64,000 nt of DNA. Source: Ruditapes philippinarum (Eukaryota). The position numbers and the translations under genes are program-made. The stretch is taken from positions 124,001 through 188,000 of the forward strand of contig NW_026859993.1 of assembly GCF_026571515.1 (NCBI RefSeq), given 5' to 3'. Positions 25,452 through 37,990 of this stretch are shown piece after piece (position 1 is the first letter of the stretch; every line of letters starts with the position of its first letter). The notes under the pieces are model-generated. The model saw nothing but the letters and a program-made list of their open reading frames with translations, was not told the DNA's origin and did no database searches.

Positions 25452-26646
25452 GAAAGGATATATTTTTAAAGGAATATTGATTGTCATTGGATGTATATTG
25501 ATAAAAAATTGAAAATTGATTCTAACGATTTAAAGTGAAACTTCAAAAAAAATATTTTTATTTTGCTATGAAATAATTTCAGAGATATTTCATAGGAGAG
25601 AGATATATTTTATATAATTGGCATTTAAGAAATGATATAAATATTTTGTTTTATATAATTTTATTTGAAAATTTACAAGACATTTCAAATAATCATTTGC
25701 CACCAGGTAACTGTCAGCTTGGTTTCTGAAAATAGAAAATAAGAAAAGATTTATTACATATAAGGTTTTGATATTGTTATTTGCATATAGTTTTGAATTT
25801 ATCATGGAGGGTAATGATGAAAATAATGATTTTTTAGGTGAAAGTAGCTCTAGTAATTTATTTTTAGAAAGAAAGGTTTCTGCAATGTCAGACATGTTAC
25901 AAACAATGAGTACAACTATGTGTAATTTGAATTCACAATTACAAGAAAAGATTGATACATTAGAAAGACAGGTTTCAGCTATTAATACTAGAGAACATAA
26001 CATGCAAAATGATGATGATGATGATGATGATAATGATGATAGTGATGATGAAAGACATGTCACTTCAAATACAAATAGATTAAATATAGATATGAATACA
26101 AATACAAATCAAAATATTGGTTACATGGCTAGTAGAAATAATCTTAAAATTATGATGGTTTAAAAGAGATGACTATGATTTTGGTAAAGTAAATTACCAA
26201 CATTTGGATGGAGACGTACCGCATGCAACATCTTAAGAGTTTATATATCTCAGCTAATGAGATTCGTTAGAGCTTGTTGCAACGTAAAGGATTTTAGCGA
26301 GCGAAGTATGTTCATTACCGGTAAGCTACTCAAACATGGCTACCGCTATTATAGATTACGTAATATTTTACAAAATTTTACAATCGTAACTTTGATTTAG
26401 TTTCAGAATTCAATAGTGATCTAAAACACTTCTACGACAAGGGATTAGCCAGTCTGATTTTTACGGGGATGTTGTTTACAAACTTCGTAAGATCTTTGGT
26501 CATTGTAATTTTTCTGATGTCTTTACTAAAATTATTAAACGTTTTATTAAAAGGGGTTAAGACCCTACTATTTTAAGACATACCGCATGCCTAGTGTTCA
26601 GCCAATTTACTGTTGGACGCTACGCTTTCCTCTTTTGATTACATCT

Positions 26647-26720
26647 GACGGACCAAGTGGGAGACTCTATGATGGACAGTTCTTAAAGCCCTTTGGGACT
26701 GAATTGCCTTAATGACCGTC
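26647..26720 (+). promoter_or_regulatory. Degenerate SECIS-like hairpin
   Basis: AUGA at 26669, 12-nt arm, AAA at 26685, apical mini-stem CCC/GGG, helix GGACAGUUC/GAAUUGCCU. The 3' quartet reads UAAU rather than UGAU. Confidence 0.4.
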
Positions 26721-26940
26721 TACTGTCTTGCTTCGTCGGGCGCTTGTATGTGATTTTCTTGTTGCTTTTCCTTTAGGACATTGAGTACTTTTGCTATGGT
26801 CATTGGGTTTACTTTTATTTGTTTCTACATAATCATTTTTGTAATATGCTTGTTTAACCTTTTGTAACCATAAAAACTTTAAGAATTTGACTTGGCAGGG
26901 ATTCATTTTATTTACACTGTCCCGTTGATAGGAACATTGT

Positions 26941-27026
26941 GGGCTAAGAGTGAGGTTTGGTGCACCATTAACAGGTTTAAACTCCTCAGCAGTATTTATG
27001 CTGCTGACCGTTCCAAGGCGGCGCCC
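26941..27026 (+). ncRNA. Candidate twister-like ribozyme, type-P5 permutation
   Basis: P5 GGGC/GCCC, P2 GAGU/ACUC, GA, UAA at 26978-80, P3 CAGCAGUA/UGCUGCUG, P4 CCG/CGG with 8-nt loop UUCCAAGG. T1 has only 2 WC pairs and P1 is atypical. Confidence 0.5.
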
Positions 27027-30000
27027 TCTGTGCTTCTCAGATGTATGTCTTTGTTGTTTCATACTGTTTTGGTGACACTTGTGTCCCCTGTTGTTTTCTC
27101 GTCTACGGTAAGTATCTTCCCCTTTGCCCCTAGTTTTTATTTCGTTTATTTACCCCATCCTTTCCCCTGGACTCTTGTCCCCTTCCCCTGTGCCCTTTGA
27201 CTTTATGGACCTTTTATTCAATCATTTATTTGTGTTCCTTAGTTCCTTGTCAGTAACTAATTATTTCTTCTTATGTATGATTTTCGTGATCTATCATTTA
27301 TTTGTTTTCTTTAGTTTCTTGTCAATTACTAATTATTTATTCTTATGTATGATTTTAGTGATCAACCTGCTCATGCTCTGCCCTTTGCCCTGGCCTGTTT
27401 TTGTTTGGGGTCTTCCTTGGCTCCTTGACACTGGCTCTTGTTGCTGGATCGTGTGGGGTTGCGTTCATTAAACGCCGCCTTTCCTTGTTGATCATGTTTA
27501 TCATATTTTATCTGATAAAAGTGAATATTTAACTCTATTCAATATTACAGCAGAAATAAATGGTTGGCCATATCAGATATAAGCTTTATATTTGGCAAGT
27601 AGTATATCTGAAAATGCTAGGTCTGTACTTATTGAGCTAAGTGAAGTCAAGAAAAAAGATTTTGATAGTTAAGTGGAAGTTCTTATGACAAGATATGGCA
27701 GAATAAGGCAGAAATTTTAAGGTCACGGTTAAAATATGTTACAAGACAAAAAGGTTAATCAATTACAGATCTTGCACAACAAATTCTAATTTGAGAGAAA
27801 TTCTAGGTATTGATGCATTTTATTGACATTATTGATGATTCTGATATTAGATTAAGGCATAGAGAATGTTGTTTAAATCCATAGCTGAATCTGAAACAGT
27901 AGCAGTGAGGATTGAAACACATAAATTAGTAGAAAGACAAAGATTACATACAGTAGATATTCACAAAATGTAGAAAGGAAAACAATGGTCCAACTAACAG
28001 TTCTTTAAACAAACAGAGGTCAAGTTGGGGGCCGCAACCAGACCAAATCAGAACTAAGGTCCAATATTATTCAATTAAATAGTTTTGAACATCAAAATGG
28101 ATATTATTGTGATGCTTTGATTATGAATATTTGACATCATTTTTATGTGATTCTTGGGCAAATGTGTCAATAATTAATGGTAAAATCATTCAAAAATTGT
28201 TATCTGAGATTTTACCAGTCTGAAAAATGTTGTGTACAGTACCTGGTGAAAATAAAGCATTTTTGAGCAAAACAATCATACAAATAAGTTTAGGTGGACA
28301 TATTTTTAAGCATGAAATGTTGATAACAGATGTTGTACAAGATTGTATACTTGGCATTGATTTTATGAGGTCTAACAAGTGTGATTTGATAATTAGCAAG
28401 AATTATATGTCAGTAAAGGGAGATAAAATACCTTGTTATATGAAAAATAGTTCTGTATCAAATTGCTGTAGAGTGTCAATTTGTGAAAATACTATTGTAA
28501 ATCCAAATAGTGAGGTTATTGTACAAGCAAAATTATTGGATCATGTGGATAAAGATAAATTGTGTTTGGTTGAAGGATCTGATAATTTTTCTCAGAAAAC
28601 AGGTTTAATGGTAGCAAAAGTTTTAGTTAATCCAAAATTGGGTACTGTTCCCATAAGAATAGCTATTTTTTTTCAGAAAATTCTGTTAAATTATTTAAAG
28701 ATACAATGACCGCCACATTGCAAACTGTCCAGTTAGTTGAAACTGAACAGGTTAATGTAGTAAATGCTGAAAATAGGGCAGGAAAAGGAGAATTACCTGA
28801 TTATTTAGTAGATATGTTTGAAAGTCTTCTAATAATCTTAATTTTGAGCAAATAAAGGAATTAAGGAACTCCTTATTCAACATCAGAATGTATTCAGTAA
28901 AGATTTCACTGATAACTGTCATACTTCTTTAATTTCTCATACCATTAATACAGAAAATGCTAAACCAGTTAAGAAATATCCTTATAAGATACTTTGATCT
29001 AAAAGAAATGCTGTTGAAGAAGAAATTAAGAAAATGAAAAATGATGGCATAATTGAGGAATGTTCCCATAGTCAGTGAAATGCACCAGTGGTAACAGTTA
29101 TGAAATCAGATGGTCTCTACGTTTTTGTTGTGACTATAGAGGTCTTCATGCTGTAACAGTAAAAGATTCACAACCCCTGCCAAGAATTGATGACAGTATT
29201 GAGGCATTTTCTGGTTCTAAATGGTGGTCTTGTCTAGATATGAAATTTGGTTATTTTGCAAGTTGATGTTGATGAAAAAATAGATATAAAACTGCATTTT
29301 CAATACCAGGAGGTCAACAATGGCAATGTAAAAGGTTACCGTTTGGTTTGTGTAATGCTCCTGCCGCTTACCCGCTTAATGCAAATGGCGTTCACAGGTA
29401 TTTGTGGAAAACTGTGATCATATATTTAGATGATATAATCTGTCAATCTTAAAGTTTTGCCACTCAACTTAATTGTTTGGAAGCTGTATTTCAAAGGTTA
29501 ACAATTAAATCCTAAAAAAATGTATACTTTTCCAGAAAGATGTCACAATTCTAGGTCATACTATCAGTGAAAATGGTGTAGGTACTGCTCCAAAGAAAAT
29601 TCAAGCAATTAAAGATTTGCCTACCGCTAGAAATGCCGAAGAAGCTAGAAGCTTTGTTTCTTTAATTAGTTATTATAGGTCTTATGTAAATCAGTTTGTT
29701 AGATTTGCTAAACCATCGCATGAATTAGGTGAAAATGGTAGAAAGTTTATTTGGACACCTGAATGTGATAGGTCATTTCATGATCTTAAAGAGGTTTTGA
29801 CAAATGCTCCTTTATTAGCATTTCCAACAGAAACTGATCAATTCATTCTTGATTGTGACGCATCTCTCTTAGCGCAATGAATGGTTTAATGACAATGATT
29901 GATGGAAAAGAAAAGGTTATTGGTTATTACGGTAAATAAATGTTTAACAATTACTGAGAGGCGTTATTCTGTTACCAGAAGAGAACTTCTTTCTATTATA

Positions 30001-31884
30001 AATGGTAATTAATTTTCTCATCATTATATCTATGGTAGATATGTGATAATTAGAACAGATCACTCAAGCTTAAAATGGTTGTTAAGTTTTAAAAAATGTT
30101 GAGGGTCAATTGGCAAGATGGTTAACTTTTCTAAGTGCATATGATTCACAATTGTACATAGAAGTGGAAGAGTACATGCAAATGCTGATGCATTGTCAAG
30201 ACGCCCTTGTCTAGAGGAAAATTGTAGATATTGTTCTAGGGTAGAAGAGGCACAAAGTAAAATTCTATGGTGTCTAGTGTACAGATTTCAGATAATGATA
30301 AAATAAATTCAAATATGACATTTACTGATGAAATTTATTCTATGGGAGGCAACTCAGTGTTGACTGATTCTGGTACTTGTAGCATATTTATCGCCCTTGC
30401 CTTGGTATTGATATTTGTCCTTGTACATGTAAGTCTCCTATCAAATTCTCGTATATGGATGCTGATGTTAGGTCTTCTTTGCTGGTTTGATTATTTTTAT
30501 CCTGATGAATCTAAATTTCAGAATAAAGATAGTGAAAAATGTTTTAAACAAAATATAAGTGAGGTTAGTCACATTGTAAAGAGGTTTATTTCAGAAAATT
30601 GTTCTGTTAGTCATAATATTGACCAAAGTTAATCATCGACATTTTATTTAAATAGTTTTTCAAATCATAAAGATACATTACAGTCAAAAGTAGATGTTGC
30701 TAGTATATCTGTGGTAAATAATACTTATCAAAAAGATAAAGATAAAATTTTGATAGGATCCATTTATGTACCTATTACAAGTCCGGGAAATGATAAAACT
30801 GATAATCAGTGTATATCTGGTAAAAATGATGTCAGGTCAACATCACAAGATTTTGATTTGGTAGCAATACAAGATGCTGACTAAAATATTAAATTGATAA
30901 AAGATTTCTATAACAAGTGGAATAAAACCAGATTGGCAAGAAGTTTCTAAATATAATACTGAAGTGAAAAATTACTGGGCTAGACTTGATTCAATGATTA
31001 TTAAGAAAAAAAATTGTTAAGAAAATGGAAAAATGATGATGGTTCTACTTTCAAATTACTTCTTGTTATTCCCAGGTCCCATAGAGAATTTATTTTAAAG
31101 CAGTTGCATGATGGGAAATCTGGTGCTCATTTAGATTTTAAGAAAACTTTACATAAAGTAAGAAAAAAATATTTTTCCTTCGCCCTTCGAAAAGATGTAG
31201 AAAATTGGAGTAGGGAATGTGATGTATGTAATAGTCGCAGAGGTACATTGCGAGCATCAAAGGCTCCACTCCAGACATATAATGTTGGCACACCTAATGA
31301 AAGGATTGCAATAAATAATATGGGTCCTTTTGTCAAAACCAATAAAGGGAATAAATACCTTATGGTTGTTGGAGATTTGTTTAGTAAATCTAAGTTATTC
31401 TTAGGCATGTGCAAATTACTAGGTAATCAAAAGACACGCTCATTTGTTTTTCAACAACATGGAAATGGTTTTATAGAGAAACAAAATTCTACTATAATAA
31501 TTATGCTTAAACCTTATGTCTCATCCAATCAAAAAGACTGGGATGAACATGTAGATCTTGTTATGATGGTTTATAGATCTTCTATTCAGTCTTCTACTGG
31601 TTATACTCCATCTATATTACACATCGGAAGAGAAATAAGATTGTATGTAGATATGATATTTGGTTGTCCAGAAATTAATTAAGAAAATATGAAAGAGAAA
31701 TGTCTAATCTTGAGGATGAAGAAATAGAAAAATTTAAAGGTTTAATTGACAGAAGAAACCAAAAAAGAGAAATGATATACCAAGCAATGGAAAAAAAGAG
31801 ATAGAAGATGGTGAATTCATATATGAATTGAAAACAATCGTTAAAAGTATACAACTGAATGAAAATAATGATCCATAAAATGAC

Positions 31885-32033
31885 AACTGATGTAACTGTA
31901 AAATGAAAACTGATGTAACTGTAAAATGAAAATTGATGTAACTGTAAAATGAAAACTTATGTTACTGTAAAATGAAAAATGATATAACTGTAAAATGAAA
32001 AGATGATGTAACTGTGTGAAATGAAAACTGATC
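31885..32033. repeat. 23-bp minisatellite, about 6 copies, in the Gypsy 3' region
   Basis: aactgatgtaactgtaaaatgaa repeated; a (CAA)n tract follows at about 32068-32098. Confidence 0.85.
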
Positions 32034-35000
32034 AACAAAAACTGATGAAACTGAAAACTGATAAAAAACAACAACAACAAAAACAACAACAACAACAATC
32101 AAACTGATACCTGAGGATAACATCTGAAGGTCCATGTAACCTGGAAGAAGAAAACAATAAATAAAGAAAACAATATTATAAATAAATTATGAAATTTTTT
32201 TACAAACTTAAGACAAATTAATGATTATTATATATATTGGTATGTGTTGACATTGACGTTATATTTTAATATGTTTTACCTTACAATATCATATGTTTAA
32301 TTATTTATAGAAAATTCATTATTGTAAGGTATATTTAATATTGTACTTTGTACAGTATCACAAATATATAAAACATATTTATGTTGATTTAAAAAGTAGT
32401 AATTTACAATAATAGTAATATTTATAATCTTACCACAGTTAAGAATTGGGACAATTCTTTTGAAATGTGGGTGTAGTGCTAGGCTGTTCTCCACCCACTC
32501 CGTTTCATTGGCCACGCTGATACGATATTAATTAAGTAAATTCAGCGATAACATTAAACATAACATTATTGTCTCATCTATAAATTAACATCTATATCCT
32601 GTCATGATTGATTGCTTTTATGTTCTTATATATGTCATTTTTCTTCAAAATCAAGTATTATCTGCAATAAGACCGCCATTTTGTCAACTATTAATATATC
32701 ATGACGTCACTATAAGCCAAGTTTTACGGAAAATCTTACTTTTATTTTGACGTCATGTAAACAAAGGAATAATATAAATAGCTCGAATTTTAATTTAACA
32801 GTGTCATAACTGAATTTAAGATTATTGAAAAGATAACTGAAAGTGATAATGAAATGATTGCAGATAAAAATTGAAGAAAGCATGAATAACATTGATAGAA
32901 AATTAGAGATAATGAATTAAAGGTATGTTAAGAAATATTTATACTGTTTGTACATGTATTTGCTAATAATTAGAGTAAAACCAATTAAAAGAAATATTTC
33001 ATGTTACACATTTGTTGAGAATATTTTACAATCCTGACTCGGAAGCGGCCTGACAATATTATGTGGAACAAAGCCTAATATAAGGTCAAAATAACAATAA
33101 ATATTATGGAAATTTGTCCTTGTATGATGCCAGTCTGTCATTATAAGATGTGAAGATATGGAATAATTTTTAATTACAGCCAACAATATGATGTCAATGT
33201 CTCCTTATAACATGTCAATCTATCGATATACGGTGTGCATTTTCAGTATATTATGGGAAACCATCCTTATTTAGAGTTCAAATTTGTATATTATGCCGAA
33301 TCATCGTTATATAGCTAGTCAACTTATTAATGTATAATGTCGATGTGTCATTATATGATGCCAATCTTTCATTATACGATGTGCATTAATGAATATATTA
33401 TTTGTATCCATCTTTATATAGAGTCATGATAACAGTATATTATGTGAGTCTGTCCATATATGATGCCAGTCTTTCGTTATACGATGAGCATTTATGAATA
33501 TTTTATGTGGAAATATTCTTATATATAAATGCACATCGTTACGTATAATGATAGGTCGACATCATACGAGTATAAAGGCACATTGAAATCATATATTGTT
33601 TAGTTTTTAAACAATGATGCTTCCGTGTAATATATTTATAAGTGCACATTGTATAAAGAAAGAGAGACACAAGAACGTTCATTTTTAAAATCTTAAAGCA
33701 GTCAAGGCTTAAAGCTTCCAAGGGATCACTTTGTTTTCAGTTTTTTTTCCATAACAAAATGCGAGTATGCAAAAACATCGCAGTCCTAAGTCGAACAAAA
33801 GGAACACATAATGTAAAGTATAAATATGTTTACCTATTCTTATCATGAAGCGTCTTTTGGTCGCAATTGATTGAAACACATCATATGGTTAAGGTATGAC
33901 CAGCCAAACGGGCACTATAAGGACCTGAACAATCAACACAAGCAGAATAATTGTTTCTGCTCAAAGTTGATGAAATATGTATCAAAATGTTTCCTTACCC
34001 AATCCATTTTAAACACGTGTTTGACAATTCTCCAACTTAGAGAGCATAATCAAGAAAATCCCTAAAATGCACCAAAATAAGGTGCTGTTTTTAAAGTTTC
34101 CCAAAATTTTATTAAAATAGTATATTGCTTGATCTTGTAAAATATTAATTACTTTTACGGTGACGGTTCTTCTTCATTAGACTCTGAAAATATCATGTAC
34201 CATATTTGTTATATACATTTAATTTATAAAGCCAATAAATAACTTTATAAATTATCAAATTAGAAGTAAACACTTTTTCCCAAAAGGAATATGAGAGGTA
34301 CGCGGCCGTAAGCTCAATGCAGTAAACAGTGGTTCTAGCCTATTTAAATATGCTTGAAAGCGGATGTAATACATTACGATTGTCATTTTCAAAAATCCCG
34401 CTTTAGATATGATAGTTATAAAATGATACCTACGTCAGACCCTAATTCGTTAGAAATATTTGCTTACCTACAGTCTAAAACTCAAAATCAAATAAAACCA
34501 ATTGTGAAAAGCTAGAGCGAATGAAATAGATAGAATGAAACATTTTAAAACATTAAGACATTTAGATACTGTAACAACTTATGGAGGGTTCTTTCGTTTT
34601 CTTTTCCTTTCTTGTTATACGCGTCATTGAAAAGGAAAAGAAAAAAATGGATAAAGGTGAATGTATAAAAGCATTTAGAATGGTTGTTGTTAAAATGTTT
34701 GTAAAAACTCATTCCTTGTCAAACGTAAGTCTCGTCTGTTGAAGAAAGTAATGATCTGAACACAATTTAATTAATCAAAGAAGTAACATATTTCACAATT
34801 ATGCACTGTCACTGTCATGCACTTATAATTGGTAAGGGCACAAAGACATTTATGGGAAGTATCTTTACTCCCCTTGTATTGACTTATATTAAAGCAAGCT
34901 AACGTTTATATCAAAACATTTTTAATCCATCCTTACTAAATAGCACGCCATAATATCACTGACAGAATATCCGTTTAAGAAAGAATTAAGTAAATGGAAA

Positions 35001-35090
35001 TTTATGTCTCATTTTATCTAAAATGCTTAAGACATTAGTTTACAGTTAACAGTGGATATGATCATGCATTGTCCGTTTTCTTTGCTTTAA

Positions 35091-36361
35091 TTACGACGTT
35101 GCCATTCCCAAAAAAATAATCACATTCAGAAGTGACAAATTATACTTGTGCAAAGGGCAGTCAAGTCAACCATATAGCTTATTTTCGTCCAAGTAATAAG
35201 ATCGCCTTCGTCCATTTTAAGCTCGTGAATAGTTTCCTTTTCAGTGTATCCAGATTTATTTTCCAGTATTTCCTTACTTTTGTTTGAATTGGTCTCAATT
35301 ACTGGCTCAATTTCACCGTTTTCGACTCGTTGATTTTTGCGGCAGGTACAGGTTAAAACTCGATACACAACCTTGAGCCACGCAGGGACAAGATAACTGT
35401 TGTCCCTGCTATACAAACGCATGTTAAGGATGGTGACAAATACTATCATTGCGCTTATAAAAAAGTCTATCATTAACTTGTAAGAAATAAGCGGTACTGA
35501 CTGGGAAGTTTGGGGCAATAATTTATTGACAATGGTCATGTACACAGCAATAGCGAGAAGTGTTGTGATACAGTATCCAATACGTTCTCCCGATTCTGGC
35601 ACGAGAAGAAACACGAGAACATTTAACATGCTCAGAATTAATATTGGCATTATAATGTTTATCACAGCAAACGTTGCATCTCTTTTCAAATTTATAGTGA
35701 ACGTTATTTCAGACTCATTTCCAGATGATGTTAGCTTCGCGTTAACTTTTGATCCGGTGACAGCCCATAAGGTGTGAGGAGTATAAACATTAAAATAGAC
35801 GTACGGCGATTCAGCTTGAAGATTCACTTCATGGCTCTTGTAACCTAAGGAAGTAAAACTGGTGTCGCAACTCTGAGTGTCGAACGGAAAGTTTTTAGCG
35901 TTAACACTACACGTGCTTTCAATGAGACCCCCAGGCATCCATTCCATTTGACCAAATTGGTCACCACGAATTATGTCAGATGATTTTCCTAATGTTGACC
36001 CTTTTGAAGAAGGACTCGACAATGTCAGTTCAGGTACCCATACATCATTGAACGACACTGTAATCTGTTCGATGCCACCATTGACACTTGGGTCCCATTG
36101 TAACTTTTCATCTGTCCATGAAAGTACCAACGCTGCGACAAAGGAAAACTTTTCATTCACTTCATCAAAATCCCTAATTGACTTAACTGACATATCTATT
36201 TTAACTTCAATTGCCGTGTTTTGGTTCGTTATTGGTCGCACATTTTTGTTATAACCAGTGAATAATGACGTATGTAGAGTTTCCATTTCCGTTATTGTAG
36301 CAGCGTTGATTAGTACTATTACAAAATGTAATATTATCAAGAAACTTAGTGTCCCCAACAT
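35091..36361 (-). CDS. nAChR-like subunit E; 1-bp frameshift inside M4 (real lesion or assembly error)
   Basis: 411-aa ORF 35126..36361 with full extracellular domain, Cys-loop and M1-M3. The paralog-like end SLLNVIIFFGMATS* lies in another frame, stopping at 35091. Confidence 0.85.
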
Positions 36362-37502
36362 AATAGTTTTTCCCTTGACCGCAATTTTTTAGTAACTTTT
36401 TTTAAAATTATTTAATAACTTTGCCAAAAAATAAAAGCTAATTTCAACTTTTAATTTGCCCTGATTTTCATTTAATAACTCCACTGTTACAGAAATGATT
36501 AGACGTAGTATAATTTATGGCTATGGCTAATGGTCATTTATTTGAATAACGGTCAGAGTTCATATAGGTTTAATTCTTCGCGTGATTTAAAGAGACGCAA
36601 TTACTCGTTTTATTTGTTAGATTCAGGTTTAAAGAGATCAGGTTCAAATAAGGGTTAAAATAATTTTTTTGATTTCAATCGAAAGATTTTATTGATCTTT
36701 AGCAGCTTTTTAAACATGCAGTTGCATAATTATAATAAAGGAATCAAATATTTCTGATAGGCAACAACAATTGATTTATCACAGACGGGTTGTAAGAATT
36801 TTAAAATACCATGGAGATTTTTACTGATTAACCTGTATAGTCAAACATCTAAGTAAAGTCCAAAAGGAAGACAAAACATCGTCTTTACTATTAATTGATG
36901 AATGATTGTCAAAGTGTGATCTTTATTTACAGTGTTTATTCGGAAGTCTGTTTTAAGTTATTCGTTTCATAAAACATTTGGTCAGATACGATGAAGTATC
37001 ATAGAAAATTTAAGGTAACGTCATAAATGAATATCGATATTTGTCTATTTATAATACACATCGCATTTTCACGAACTCTTCCGTCGAATATCGGATAATG
37101 ACCTCGGACACCAATCGCATCTTCTCGGCCCTTTCTGGCAAACTTCGCATTATGAAGGATTGTCGATGTGAAAAATACTAACATGATTTGTTTTTGTGTT
37201 ATTTGCGGATAAAATGTAGAAAATAACCAGATGTGTTTTTATTTAGTTTTTTTACAGTGATATGGAATATAAAATCAGGGGTATCTTTATCTGCAATAAA
37301 ATGCATAGCTGTCATGGCTCATTGGCGCGGTTTGGAACTGTTATTTTAAAGTGTAAAAATATAAAAATACTATCAGTGCTCTTATAAACAAAAAAACTGG
37401 AAACAAAGTGATCCCTCGGAAGCATTAGTCAAAACAAAATTACATGGAAAATGCAGACTCGGTTTGATTGAGTCTTTACTTGGGGATAATGAATAGGTGC
37501 AA

Positions 37503-37735
37503 CAATGAATAAGTGAATAAGTTTATCATTAACTTGTAAGACATAAGCGGTACTGGGCAACAATTCGTTGACAATAGTTATGTACAAGGCGATGGCAAAG
37601 AGCGTTATGACCCAAAACCCAATATGTTCTCCCAATTCTAGTACCAGAAGGGACACATGAACATTTCACATAATGACATTACAATATCACATCACAAATT
37701 GCACCCCTTTTCAACTTTATTGTGAACGTTATGTT
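37503..37735 (-). pseudogene. Highly degenerate nAChR-like fragment F (pre-M1 to M3)
   Basis: ITFTIKLKR, LLVLELGEHIGFWVITLFAIALYITIVNELLP and a PLMSYKLMI remnant, with deletions. Confidence 0.8.
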
Positions 37736-37829
37736 ACAGGAACTTAAATCGCTATAGATCAGATAAATAAAATCCTGAAACAGTATGTTGACTTGTATTT
37801 AATTATTTTTCCCTTAAATATTCTACCAC

Positions 37830-37990
37830 TTGCCCCTCACCGCTGTAGGCTCGAATGCCGATATGGCATTTGATTTCTTTCATTAAGGAAGCTATCCAGC
37901 TAGCTTACGGAACCTGAAATGAGCACGGAAGGACACCTGAGGTCTTCCTACACCAGTAAAGCTTGAACGTCGCCATATGACCAATACTGT
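37830..37990 (+). mobile_element. tRNA-derived SINE, partial
   Basis: B-box-like ggctcgaatgcc, then a body shared with 23718..23815. Confidence 0.55.

Larger units (their letters stand above)
26163..27506 (+). mobile_element. 5'-truncated Penelope-like element (Naiad-like; RT thumb at the ORF end plus long 3' UTR) nested in Gypsy gag
   Basis: KRDDYDFGKVNYQHLDGDVPHATS..YISQLMRFVRAC..KLLKHGY thumb motif, with no GIY-YIG downstream. Removing it restores gag YDGLSDKSEYL. ttta at both junctions. Confidence 0.75.
25181..33055 (+). mobile_element. Decayed Ty3/Gypsy LTR retrotransposon
   Basis: Diverged LTR segments 25181-25437 and 32690-33055 both end cctgactcgg...gcctgaca. Then PBS, gag (YDG...EYL...NGW), protease about 28140, RT (LRFCCDYR, LPRIDD, YLDDII about 29422), RNase H (FILDCDAS, HANADALSR) and HHCC integrase 31014-31682. 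Many stops and frameshifts. The LTR 5' ends are uncertain (possibly 24861 and 32472). Confidence 0.92.

Noticed and set aside
31885-32033. Regular short repeats resembling a CRISPR array
   Set aside because: Head-to-tail units without unique spacers, in a eukaryotic context with no cas genes.
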